Assembly (NCBI GenBank): GCA_012518905.1
Contig: JAAYRF010000047.1
Location: 1 to 38,942 of the forward strand
Reading direction: 5' to 3'
Length of the DNA: 38,942 bases
Origin: Bacillota bacterium
GTDB taxonomy: Bacteria; Bacillota; Limnochordia; DTU087
In this document: positions 18,909 to 28,266 of the stretch, piece after piece
How the letters are laid out: each line of letters starts with the position of its first letter
How positions within the stretch are numbered: position 1 is the stretch's first letter
The notes under the pieces: model-generated
What the model saw: only the letters and a program-made list of their open reading frames with translations
Databases searched by the model: none
What the model was told of the DNA's origin: nothing
Made by a program: the position numbers and the translations under genes

Positions 18909-21380
18909 CTATCGAAGCTGTCCCTCAATTTCACCCAAATATAGCTGAGCTAAGGAATCTGCTTCATCGTATGTTGGTGCTTCAGCATAGACCCTCACCA
19001 TCGGGTCTTCACCATCTGGCAAGACTAGAGCCCATCCCTGCTCATGATAGACCTTAATGCCATCGATCAAATCTCTGGGTCTATCTACAGTACTTGCCAA
19101 AAGGGTGTGCATAACCCTTCCCTTCTCCTGCCAAGTCACAGGTATATCCAGTTCTCTTCTTCCCTTTGCTGGAATGGAGGCCACTAGTTTTTCCAGGCTC
19201 ACTCCCTCCCGGGCCACCAAGCTCAGTAGTGCAGCAATGAAGGACAGAGCATCAAAGGCAGGGTGCAGCAAGGTCAGATCTCCCTCAGCTTGACCGTCAG
19301 CCCCCTGGAGAACAGCCCGGGGATTATTGGGAGTCCGTACAACCGGAAGATGGTATCTGGCCGCCAATTCCTCAACAGAGTGGGGTGCCGTCACCGGTAC
19401 CGCCATAACCTTACCAATATCTTTACCTCTAACAGCAAAAGCCCATGTGAGTAACGGCCAATACACATCCTCCGACAAGAGCTCACCTTCACCGCCAACT
19501 ACCAAGACAGTTCTTCCACTACCGCCAACCAGAAGGCCTAGAGCCGCCTCCTCTCGGAGTACCGTATCTATCACTTGACTCAGATAAGAGTCCTGCTGAA
19601 ACAAAGCTGTATTGGGGGCAACCCCTGGTTCTTTGTCGAAAGCGACATCAATAACTTGGCAGCCTAGCTCATCTAGCAGTGGTGGCAGCAAAAACCTCAG
19701 GGCCGGTGAGGTATAGCCAATCACCACCGATAGACGTTGGCCACCAAAAGAGGCTTTGCCGTACTGCTGGCAAAGAGCCTTCAGATAGGCTTGGTTGGCA
19801 CCAGCGGCAAATTGCGTTCTCCCAACCTCACCTCCCGGAACTCGGCGAAAATCTCCCCGGTAGAAGTAGTTCTCCAAAGCCCGTTCCTGATTGCGACTAA
19901 ATGGAAAGCCTTTCTCATCGAGGATCTCAACCTCGATTTGATCCGACATTTTCCGTCCTTGTTGGACATATACTCCTGCTTTGGTCTTTGTCAGTACCGT
20001 GGTAAAGCGGGTTACTGGCAGTGTAGTGGATCCGATATCAACTACATTAACTCCGCTTGACAAAACACCGGCGGTAAGCGCTCTCTTCACCATACGGGAT
20101 GGTTCCCAACCATCAGCTGCAACTAACACTGCTTGTCGTAGATCCAGCATTGCCCCTAGACTAGCCCCTACCCGAGCAGCAAATTCCGGGCTAATCTCCA
20201 CATTGGCAAGCCCCACTATGCCAGTGTTGCCAAATAGGCTGCTGGAGCAGGTTCCAGCCCATACTACATCTTCGGTAACAGTAGTGGACTTCTCAACCAG
20301 TTTCTGGGGCCAGATCTTAACACTGGGGCGAATTGTACTTGACATCCCCAAGATACTGCTTTGGCCAATAACAGCTCCTTCAAATATCCTGACCTTAGGT
20401 TTCACCACAGCCTGATTGCAGATTACCGTGCCCCTGACTTCTGCCCCATTGCCGATATGTACATTGTTCCAAACAATTGAACGCTTAATCGAACTCTGCT
20501 GACCTACCACACTATTGGACCCTATGATCGTATGGGGACCAACGACAGCCCCCCGCTCTACACGGCTGTTTCTTCCCAAGATGGCAGGAGGCCTAATTAC
20601 TGCATCTTGATGGATGAAGGCTCCTTCTTCCGTCCAGATACCCCCTTGATCTTGGCCCGAAAGCCGCGTCCGCACCTTTCCCTCCAACAGATCGATATGG
20701 GATTGTACATACTGTTCTAAATTTCCGATATCTGACCAGTAACCACTGGCCACATAGCCATAGAGGGGCTCACCACGTTGAAGCATGAGGGGAAAAAGGT
20801 CCTTGCTAAAATCGAATTGGCGCCCCGTTGGTATCAAGGATAGAGCCTCGGGCTCTAGTATATAGATGCCGGTATTAACTGTATCGCTGAAGACTTCTCC
20901 CCAACCAGGCTTTTCCAGGAAACGTTCTACCTGGCCAGCCTCGTTGATAAATACTAACCCATATTCTAATGGTGATGATACTCGGGTCAGGACTAAGGTA
21001 GCCAGCGAACCTTTCTCATGATGATAGGCTACCGCCCCCTCTAGATCCAAATCGGTTAGACTATCTCCCGAGATCACAAGACAGGTCCCATCTAGGAAAC
21101 TCCTCGCGTTTTTGACGCTACCGGCGGTACCTAGGGGCTGATCTTCCACGAAGTATTGCAGTCTAACGTTCCACGGAGCGCCATCCCTAAAGTGCTCTTC
21201 AATGATCTCTGGTATATAGCAGGTAGTTACAGCTATATCTTCTATCCCATTTAGAGCCAAAAGTTCAACGATGTATTCCATCATCGGGCGGTTAGCTACT
21301 GGCACCATGGGCTTGGGAAGATCACAAGTTAAAGGCCGAAGTCGACTTCCTTGTCCCCCCGCCATAATGACTGCCTTCAT
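18909..21380 (-). CDS. Sugar-1-phosphate nucleotidyltransferase (mannose-1-P guanylyltransferase-like) + left-handed beta-helix + phosphohexomutase-like domains
   Basis: AGGQGSRLRPLT..PKPM, FLEKP, YWSDIG; hexapeptide repeats; LFGNTGIVG and DGIKV..W.LVLP..P.VRVYAE mutase-fold segments. Confidence 0.9.
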   Translation of the reverse strand: MKAVIMAGGQGSRLRPLTCDLPKPMVPVANRPMMEYIVELLALNGIEDIAVTTCYIPEIIEEHFRDGAPWNVRLQYFVEDQPLGTAGSVKNARSFLDGTCLVISGDSLTDLDLEGAVAYHHEKGSLATLVLTRVSSPLEYGLVFINEAGQVERFLEKPGWGEVFSDTVNTGIYILEPEALSLIPTGRQFDFSKDLFPLMLQRGEPLYGYVASGYWSDIGNLEQYVQSHIDLLEGKVRTRLSGQDQGGIWTEEGAFIHQDAVIRPPAILGRNSRVERGAVVGPHTIIGSNSVVGQQSSIKRSIVWNNVHIGNGAEVRGTVICNQAVVKPKVRIFEGAVIGQSSILGMSSTIRPSVKIWPQKLVEKSTTVTEDVVWAGTCSSSLFGNTGIVGLANVEISPEFAARVGASLGAMLDLRQAVLVAADGWEPSRMVKRALTAGVLSSGVNVVDIGSTTLPVTRFTTVLTKTKAGVYVQQGRKMSDQIEVEILDEKGFPFSRNQERALENYFYRGDFRRVPGGEVGRTQFAAGANQAYLKALCQQYGKASFGGQRLSVVIGYTSPALRFLLPPLLDELGCQVIDVAFDKEPGVAPNTALFQQDSYLSQVIDTVLREEAALGLLVGGSGRTVLVVGGEGELLSEDVYWPLLTWAFAVRGKDIGKVMAVPVTAPHSVEELAARYHLPVVRTPNNPRAVLQGADGQAEGDLTLLHPAFDALSFIAALLSLVAREGVSLEKLVASIPAKGRRELDIPVTWQEKGRVMHTLLASTVDRPRDLIDGIKVYHEQGWALVLPDGEDPMVRVYAEAPTYDEADSLAQLYLGEIEGQLR

Positions 21381-21382
21381 GA

Positions 21383-22726
21383 TCACACCCCTCCCCTTTG
21401 ACTAGGGAAAGACTCCCGGGCATTGTCAAAGCCATGGGCGAAGGATGCTGTATCTTGATAGCGGGACAATGCACCTTGGGTTGTAAGCCGCGTTCCTCCT
21501 AGAATACCGTCAGCGGGGAAACTATCGGCCTCTCGCCACGGGCTCTCGGCAAACTCACTGAGTATCTCCTCATATACTGCCAGAGTCCTTTGGGCGATCA
21601 AAGACCAGCTGTACTCCTCCTTAACCATTTCAAGAGCACGTGTTTTGATGTACCTTGCGAATTCTGGTGCATCAAGGTACGCCAATATATTATCTGCCAG
21701 GGACTGGGCATTACCTGGATAGGCCCGAAGCCCGTTTTGGGCATGCTGTACTATCTCTGACAGTCCTCCTGTATCGGACACAACTACTGGTACTCCAGCA
21801 GCCATGGCCTCGAGCGCCACTATGCCAAAAGGTTCATATAAGCTGGGCACTACGGCCACATCAGCGCAGGCATACAGGCGGTTGCGGGTGAGATCGTCGA
21901 TAAACCCGGCAAAGTAAACGCTTTGGGCCACTCCGAGTCTCTGGGCCCGTTCTCTTAAGGCAAATTCCGCCGGACCTCTACCGGCAACAACGAACTTAAC
22001 CCGTTTGAATCTGGACAGGACTCGAGGAATTGTCTCAACAAGTGTATCAACGCCTTTTTCATGTACCAAACGACCTACAAAGAAAACAATGGCTTCACTA
22101 TCTGCTGCGTAGCGACGCCGAAAACCCCGACGATCAAAGGAGTCTTCAATGGAAAAATCCGATACATCTACACCATTGGGCAACACAGAGATCTTGTCTA
22201 TAGGTGTTTGGAAAATATACTGAATCTCGCCCCGCATGTACTGGCTACAACATATTACCTTCCAAGCTTCATATGTCAACCACCACTCTAGATTGCTGAT
22301 GTGGCGCTGCTGATCATTGTGGAGCCCGTGGTTGCGTCCAAATTCTGTAGCATGAATAGTGGCTACCAAGGGGCGCATAAGGCCGTGTTTCATCGTTTTG
22401 CCGGCATGTGCTGCTAACCAGTCATGCCCGTGGATGATATCAAAGGTGTGGCCTTGTCGGATCAGTCCCAAAGCAGCCTCTAACATGTGTACATTGAGAT
22501 GGGTAACAGATTCGATGAAATCCCGACCTTGAGGACCATACATCCTCAATCTGTGAACATGGACGCCTTCTACAACTTCCACCGAGGGAGTACCGTCTGC
22601 ATCACCAGTTAGTACATGCACCTCTTGACCCAGCTTAGCCAATTCCTCGGAGAGCTCGGCCACATGCCGACCCAATCCTCCAACAACTTGGGGAGGGTAC
22701 TCCCACGATAACATCAGAATCTTCAC
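21383..22726 (-). CDS. GT4 family glycosyltransferase (glycogen-synthase-like N-terminus)
   Basis: WEYPP.VVGGLGRHV, HGHDWL, TIHATE, VGRLVHEKG, PSLYEPFGIVALEAM (EX7E); GTG 22726 with SD GGAGG. Confidence 0.92.
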   Translation of the reverse strand: MKILMLSWEYPPQVVGGLGRHVAELSEELAKLGQEVHVLTGDADGTPSVEVVEGVHVHRLRMYGPQGRDFIESVTHLNVHMLEAALGLIRQGHTFDIIHGHDWLAAHAGKTMKHGLMRPLVATIHATEFGRNHGLHNDQQRHISNLEWWLTYEAWKVICCSQYMRGEIQYIFQTPIDKISVLPNGVDVSDFSIEDSFDRRGFRRRYAADSEAIVFFVGRLVHEKGVDTLVETIPRVLSRFKRVKFVVAGRGPAEFALRERAQRLGVAQSVYFAGFIDDLTRNRLYACADVAVVPSLYEPFGIVALEAMAAGVPVVVSDTGGLSEIVQHAQNGLRAYPGNAQSLADNILAYLDAPEFARYIKTRALEMVKEEYSWSLIAQRTLAVYEEILSEFAESPWREADSFPADGILGGTRLTTQGALSRYQDTASFAHGFDNARESFPSQRGGV

Positions 22727-22834
22727 CGAACCGCCTCCCAGCTCTTTTCTTCTAGCTTTTCCCAGACCACCAATTCTATGCAATCGAAATAGAGTCTAGG
22801 GGCTTATGGCTTTTCGGTTATGTCTTGAGGAGGT

Positions 22835-23851
22835 TTAGATTCGCTGGAGCTCTTCTCCGGCGGCCCGCAGAAAGCTCACCAGCCTGCGGAAGTGCCGTCG
22901 GCTGCTTCGTTCGTGTTTAAGCCTTGCTATCATGTGTTGAGCAAAGATCAGTAGGCTAGCATCCACCGTCTGCGGTGTAAGGCTTGTCGACCAGCCTTCT
23001 GCAATCCAAGCGGAGTCTCGAAAGGCCTGGCGAACTACTACATGGGGCGCGAAAGCACGAGTATGCCAGAAAAGGTAGTATAGCAGATCAAAAAGGGGAG
23101 GTGCTTGGAAACACTGTTCACCCCAATCGATAACATAAAGAGATCCATCGTGGCGGATAACGTTGGGGTGCTTTAGATCTCCGTGTACCAGACCCTGCCG
23201 AATAGGCTGCCCGTTAAGAATGCTTGGCATCCCATCAAGACCCGCCTCCTTCAGCACATTGAGTAAGGTCTCGCATTTGCCCTCGAAACGTAATTCCAGT
23301 GGTTTGTCGAAGACTTGGGTATCGAAGACCAGGCCGAGATGGGGCCAAAGAACCCGTAAAGCTGCCAGACCCTCATCGAGGTCGTACAGGGGGATACACC
23401 GTCCATGCATGTATTGCTCTGTAAATATTAGGTTAGGCTCGTCCCATTCAAGAATAGCCGGGCTTATGGAGATCACAGCCGGCTGGCGGCGCACCCATAG
23501 TTCCTGGTGGAAAAGAGCTTTGGATGAAAGCTTCCGGGTCACCCTGGCCCGCTCAAAATCAAAGGCAATCCACTTTTCATTGTTTCCCATGAACACAACA
23601 TCCCAGTAGGTATCCGACAATATCGGGGCACTACCAACCGGCAGCAAGTGTCGCCAAATAGGACGCCGCAAAACTCCAAATAATCCTGCTTTGATCCTTC
23701 GTCCCAACCAGCTTCCTTCTGCCGCCAAAACGTTGGGGGCCATGCTGTCTACCACCTGTTGCCAGGCTATCTTCGAATCAGCTACATAAAAGTTGCCTAT
23801 GCCCCGCATTTGATACGACTTATCGACTGCCGTTACCTGATAGGTCACCAT
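22835..23851 (-). CDS. APH/choline-kinase-fold phosphotransferase of unknown substrate
   Basis: HGDLKHPN catalytic loop, YVIDWG metal motif, PLFDL; ATG 23851 with SD GGAGAG (ORF is open to 23905). Confidence 0.75.
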   Translation of the reverse strand: MVTYQVTAVDKSYQMRGIGNFYVADSKIAWQQVVDSMAPNVLAAEGSWLGRRIKAGLFGVLRRPIWRHLLPVGSAPILSDTYWDVVFMGNNEKWIAFDFERARVTRKLSSKALFHQELWVRRQPAVISISPAILEWDEPNLIFTEQYMHGRCIPLYDLDEGLAALRVLWPHLGLVFDTQVFDKPLELRFEGKCETLLNVLKEAGLDGMPSILNGQPIRQGLVHGDLKHPNVIRHDGSLYVIDWGEQCFQAPPLFDLLYYLFWHTRAFAPHVVVRQAFRDSAWIAEGWSTSLTPQTVDASLLIFAQHMIARLKHERSSRRHFRRLVSFLRAAGEELQRI

Positions 23852-23977
23852 GGAATACACTCTCCACATCAGTAGACTAATCTCCTCACTAGTAGAGGAT
23901 CGCATGTGGAGTCCTTAGCGTTCATGGTAAGCTTCTCCTGCCTCTGCCTTGCCATATCGTCCCTTTGCCTTACCATT

Positions 23978-24008
23978 AAGAAACCGGAAGTGAGTACACC
24001 TCCGGTTT
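23978..24008 (-). terminator. Probable terminator after the DOMON gene
   Basis: AAACCGGAGGTG-TACT-CACTTCCGGTTT stem followed by CTT. Confidence 0.65.
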
Positions 24009-24046
24009 GCCCTGTATACATAGGAATGTTTGGGTTGTTTTCTTGA

Positions 24047-25012
24047 CTATTGGCCATAGCCCGGTGGCTCTTGTCGGAAGACTGTTATGAAGATTCCTCC
24101 TAGCAAGCACAGCACAGCTAAACTTGCTAACAAATGTCCCATGGTAAAAGGCAAAGATAGCCCGTGACTGACTGGGATAAGGACGGGATACTCTCCTTGG
24201 GCTAGATCCTTGGTCTCCAGTTGTGCTTTTTGGCTCCTCTTGCCACCTAGCCTAGGATCCAGTAGATCGATAACATTAGGCCCATCAGCCATCGTGGCCC
24301 CACCAAAGGACCACTGACTCGCCACCTCCTGAATAGCCCGATATTGATCGGGCCCAAAGGTGTCAAATCCGCCGACTAGCACATAGTATTGCCATTTTCG
24401 AGCAGGGATCCCGGCAATCTCCAGAGGCACCTCTCCCCGAATAGTCTTGTTATCGGGCAATAACAAGGCCTTGATGGGGTGGACTTTGGCTGGATCAGAG
24501 CGAGCGTCTAGCCAGCGGGAGCCGCCCCAAGGCTGTATCCGCAAGCGATACTCCCAGCCGGCCTCCGGCGAAAACATGATCCCCGGACCCGGTGCCACAG
24601 GTTTAAGGTGACCGCCGGGTTCACTATCAATATATACATCTATGAGCTGATGGAAGAACCCCTCTGGCGCCTTCCACGGGTTTGTGACCTTGGCAAAAGA
24701 AATGTCGAAATAGATATTTTCATTGTCATGCCAGATGTGGACTCGCCTTAGATCAAACAACCCTGGCTCAAATACATGGTGAAGTGGGTAGGTCACGGCA
24801 CCGGAGCCGTAATCATCGCCTAATCTGTCCTCCACGCTAAAGACTACCTGACTGGCAGCGACATTTTGTCCAGCAAATGGTAAAATCCAGACTAACATGA
24901 CGCCTACCATGGTCATAGCTGACCATATCTTCGTTCTCCGGGATAGGCCGCTGCGCATCCTACTCGATTTTGGCCACAGCCTCCTAGCCTTCCTTAGCGC
25001 TCTGTGCTGCAT
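24047..25012 (-). CDS. Exported, C-terminally anchored glucodextranase DOMON-like domain protein
   Basis: GDDYGSG..TYP...F..G.FDL, NPWKAPEGF.HQLIDVYID, VLVGGFD; basic then hydrophobic N-terminal signal; C-terminal TM helix. Confidence 0.8.
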   Translation of the reverse strand: MQHRALRKARRLWPKSSRMRSGLSRRTKIWSAMTMVGVMLVWILPFAGQNVAASQVVFSVEDRLGDDYGSGAVTYPLHHVFEPGLFDLRRVHIWHDNENIYFDISFAKVTNPWKAPEGFFHQLIDVYIDSEPGGHLKPVAPGPGIMFSPEAGWEYRLRIQPWGGSRWLDARSDPAKVHPIKALLLPDNKTIRGEVPLEIAGIPARKWQYYVLVGGFDTFGPDQYRAIQEVASQWSFGGATMADGPNVIDLLDPRLGGKRSQKAQLETKDLAQGEYPVLIPVSHGLSLPFTMGHLLASLAVLCLLGGIFITVFRQEPPGYGQ

Positions 25013-25033
25013 GGTGCTCCCTCCCCGCTTACC

Positions 25034-25062
25034 ACACTATGCTGACGGGGGGTTCATTATGT
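25034..25062 (-). promoter_or_regulatory. SigE-like promoter of the DOMON gene
   Basis: ACATAAT-14 nt-CATAGTGT versus consensus ZHATAXX-N14-CATACAHT. Confidence 0.5.
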
Positions 25063-25067
25063 CGGGT

Positions 25068-26288
25068 TCAAGTTTCTCTATGCATGGGGCAAATGTGCTC
25101 AGCGGTAAAGCCCTGTCCTACGGCCTCTTCGCCGACGTAGACCCGGGGTACTCTGCCTCCAATCATACAAATGATCTCGTAGTTGATAGTCCCCATCTTT
25201 TCGGCGAGCTCGTCGGCGCTGATAAACTCATCCCCTTGCCTGCCTAAAAGCACTGCTTCGTCCCCGATACTAATCGAATCATCTCCTACATCCACCATGC
25301 ACTGATCCATGCAGATGTTGCCCACTACGGGATAGCGTTTGCCCTTTAGAAGGACTTCCCCTTTGCCGCTGAGCAGGCGTGAATAGCCATCAGCATAGCC
25401 AACAGGTAGTGTCACAATATTCGTATCTCTATGAGTCACATAATCCGCTCCATAACTAATACCACTACCTGCTGGCACCCGGTGCACAAAACTCACTGCT
25501 GCTTTTAGCTCTAAAGTAGGCATTAGTTCCGGTAGTCCTTGTAGACTGGGCATCGGCGATAGACCATAGGCGGCTATACCGCTGCGTACCATGGACAAAC
25601 ATGTCTGTGGCAGTCTCAAAGCCGCGGCAGTATTGGCAACATGTTTTATGGGTATCTCGATGCCGACCTGTTGTAGATCGGTCGTGACCTGCACAAACGC
25701 TTCAAACTGCCGAAGAGCGTAGGTTTCATCCATGGCATCGGCAGTAGCAAAATGGGAGAATATGCCCTCAAGCTCTAAGTTGGGCAACGTCAATATGCCT
25801 TTGATAAATCCCACCGCTGTTTCTGGCAAAACTCCCAATCGACCCATACCGGTATCCAGCTTGACATGGACCCGTGCCGTGGTGTCCCGCAACTTAGCCG
25901 CGGCGGATAGCGCCTTAGCCCCTTCCCAGGTACATACAGCAACTCTCAGATCATTTTCTACCACCAAAGGTGCCTGCCACTTAGGGGGCTGTCCCAAGAT
26001 CAAGACAGGTTCAGTGATCCCGGCTTGCCTTAAAGTCATGCCCTCCTCGACAATAGCCACTCCCAGCCAGCTTGCTCCGTTTCTAAGAGCCGCTTTGGCT
26101 ACGGGTACCGCGCCATGTCCGTAACCATTTGCCTTGACTACTACCATAAGTTCCGTTGACATTGGCAGATGCTGTCGCAGCAACCGCACGTTATGGCTAA
26201 GGCCATCCAAATTGACTTCTACCCAAGCCGGGCGATGTGGTCCCAAAGACAAAGCGGCTACTGCTCGCTCTACACTAGGTAGCTCCAC
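25068..26288 (-). CDS. alr: Alanine racemase
   Basis: VVKANGYGHG (PLP lysine), HVKLDTGMGRLG, SHFATAD, ISYG, GYADG, TINYE. Confidence 0.97.
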   Translation of the reverse strand: MELPSVERAVAALSLGPHRPAWVEVNLDGLSHNVRLLRQHLPMSTELMVVVKANGYGHGAVPVAKAALRNGASWLGVAIVEEGMTLRQAGITEPVLILGQPPKWQAPLVVENDLRVAVCTWEGAKALSAAAKLRDTTARVHVKLDTGMGRLGVLPETAVGFIKGILTLPNLELEGIFSHFATADAMDETYALRQFEAFVQVTTDLQQVGIEIPIKHVANTAAALRLPQTCLSMVRSGIAAYGLSPMPSLQGLPELMPTLELKAAVSFVHRVPAGSGISYGADYVTHRDTNIVTLPVGYADGYSRLLSGKGEVLLKGKRYPVVGNICMDQCMVDVGDDSISIGDEAVLLGRQGDEFISADELAEKMGTINYEIICMIGGRVPRVYVGEEAVGQGFTAEHICPMHRET

Positions 26289-27856
26289 CGTTCCTTCACT
26301 TCTTCCTTTTGTATAGCATTTAGTGCCTCCGGTATGGCTTCCACCAAATCACCGGCCAATAGCGAAACCTCTCCCTGCTTCTTTAAGGCCATGTCTCCGG
26401 CCAAGCCGTGGATATATACAGCAGCTCGAGCCGCAGCGACGGGGTCGATGCCTCCTGCCATGAACCCTCCCACCATGCCGCTTAGTACGTCACCGGTGCC
26501 ACCCGTGGCCATTCCGGGGTTGCCAGTAGTATTCACCCAAAATCGCCCATCCCATGCGCCCACAACGGTACCAGCCCCTTTAAGGACCGCTATACAGCTA
26601 AAGCGCTGGGCAGCAGTAAGAGCTGCTCTTACTCTATCTTTTTCGATATCTGCTATGGAACACTCCAAAAGACGAGCCATTTCCCCGGGATGGGGAGTAA
26701 TCACCAACGGGCAATCTTTATCAATTTGGCGCTTGTCCAAACAGCGGGTCTTAGCTGCCAAGTTGAGGCCATCAGCGTCGAGAAGAACGGGGCAGGTAGC
26801 TTCCAGTAGTAAAGCTTCAACCAGCTCTCCCGTGGAATCATGCTGCCCTAGGCCCGGACCTATTACCACAGCATCCATATGAGGCAGCAATCTCTGAATA
26901 ATAGGCAATGCTGCCACGCTTAAGCTCCGCTCGGCTGTCTCAGGCAAAGGAATAGTCATCGCCTCAGTCACTTTCATCTCGAGGATGTCGTTGAGGCTAG
27001 CGGGAACACCGAGGGATACTAACCCGGCTCCACTTCTCAATGCTCCATAAGTAGCGAGACTAGCCGCTCCCGTCATACCCACTGATCCGGCCAAAAGAAG
27101 AACGTGACCAAAGGTCCCTTTATGGCCATGGACAACCCGACAAGGTATGAGTTCCTTGGTAGCAGAAGCTGTCAAGAGGCTACCGGGTCCCCCCAAATTC
27201 AGTATCTTAGGGGGGATACCGATGTTGGCGACATAGACCAATCCAGTCTGCCGAACTCCAGGGTGGATGAAGAGGCCCACTTTCGGAGCGGCGAAGGTCA
27301 CAGTCATATTGGCCTTGATACACGGCCCATATGCCGTGCCGATGCTGGCATCAAGACCAGAAGGGACATCCACTGCCAGTACTGGTTTCTCCACCTCGTT
27401 GACCAACTGAATTACTTGTGCCATGATACCTTGTGGTTCGCCCCTGATACCGGTTCCCAACAGGGCATCAACGACGAGATCGGTTAACGATAGCCCAAAC
27501 CGCAGTTTAGGTAGATACTGCTCATCGACCTCTTGCATGTCTATTCCCAACTGCTCACAAATACGGTAATTGGCCAGCGCATCATGGACAAGCTCTTCGG
27601 CCCTTGCACAAAGAAACAGCCGCACTTTGTAACCTAAATTGCTCAGGTAGCGGGCAGCCACAAAACCATCGCCGGCGTTATTGCCCTTGCCGGTCAGAAT
27701 CGCTATCTTCCGTCCCTGGCTCTTCTCTAAAAAGGTGGCAGCCACTTCTGCCACCTGTCGACCGGCGTTTTCCATTAGTACTATACTGGGAATACCAGTC
27801 TCTGTCACAACCTGATTATCAACTGCCCGCATCTGGGCAGCTGTCAAGAGTCTCAT
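26270..27856 (-). CDS. nnr: Bifunctional NAD(P)HX epimerase/dehydratase
   Basis: LMENAG, GKGNNAGDG, DALLGTG, VDVPSG, HKGTFG, GPGLG, TPHPGEMARL, ATGGTGDVL. Confidence 0.96.
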   Translation of the reverse strand: MRLLTAAQMRAVDNQVVTETGIPSIVLMENAGRQVAEVAATFLEKSQGRKIAILTGKGNNAGDGFVAARYLSNLGYKVRLFLCARAEELVHDALANYRICEQLGIDMQEVDEQYLPKLRFGLSLTDLVVDALLGTGIRGEPQGIMAQVIQLVNEVEKPVLAVDVPSGLDASIGTAYGPCIKANMTVTFAAPKVGLFIHPGVRQTGLVYVANIGIPPKILNLGGPGSLLTASATKELIPCRVVHGHKGTFGHVLLLAGSVGMTGAASLATYGALRSGAGLVSLGVPASLNDILEMKVTEAMTIPLPETAERSLSVAALPIIQRLLPHMDAVVIGPGLGQHDSTGELVEALLLEATCPVLLDADGLNLAAKTRCLDKRQIDKDCPLVITPHPGEMARLLECSIADIEKDRVRAALTAAQRFSCIAVLKGAGTVVGAWDGRFWVNTTGNPGMATGGTGDVLSGMVGGFMAGGIDPVAAARAAVYIHGLAGDMALKKQGEVSLLAGDLVEAIPEALNAIQKEEVKERWSYLV

Positions 27857-28262
27857 CGCTGGTCTTCACCTCGCTTGCTCGCTTCAATGCCACGGCACTA
27901 GCTATAGCATATTTTCGGCTATGGGAGAGGGAAATATGGATGAGGCCAATCCCTCTAGCAGCTGCCAATTCTTTGCTGGCCCCCCACAAACACACATAGG
28001 GCTTTCCTGAGCTCTCATGTCTGATCTCGATATCACGCCAGCGTACGCCTTGCCGCCAGCCCGTTCCTAAGGTCTTCATTACCGCTTCTTTGGCGGCAAA
28101 ACGAGCGGCCAATTTTTCCCATTGGGCCCGCGGAGCCCCCACCAAACAACGCTCTTGCTCTAAGGGAGTATATACCCTATCCAAAAATCTCTGCCCTTGT
28201 CTTTTCCAGACTGCGGCTACTCTCTCAATCTCGATGATATCGATTCCTGTACCGTAGATCAA
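27819..28262 (-). CDS. acpS: Holo-[ACP] synthase
   Basis: GTGIDIIEI.R, LAARFAAKEAVMK.LGTG, GKP, ISLSH; TTG 28262 with SD GGAGGT. Confidence 0.96.
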   Translation of the reverse strand: MIYGTGIDIIEIERVAAVWKRQGQRFLDRVYTPLEQERCLVGAPRAQWEKLAARFAAKEAVMKTLGTGWRQGVRWRDIEIRHESSGKPYVCLWGASKELAAARGIGLIHISLSHSRKYAIASAVALKRASEVKTSDETLDSCPDAGS

Positions 28263-28266
28263 CAGC

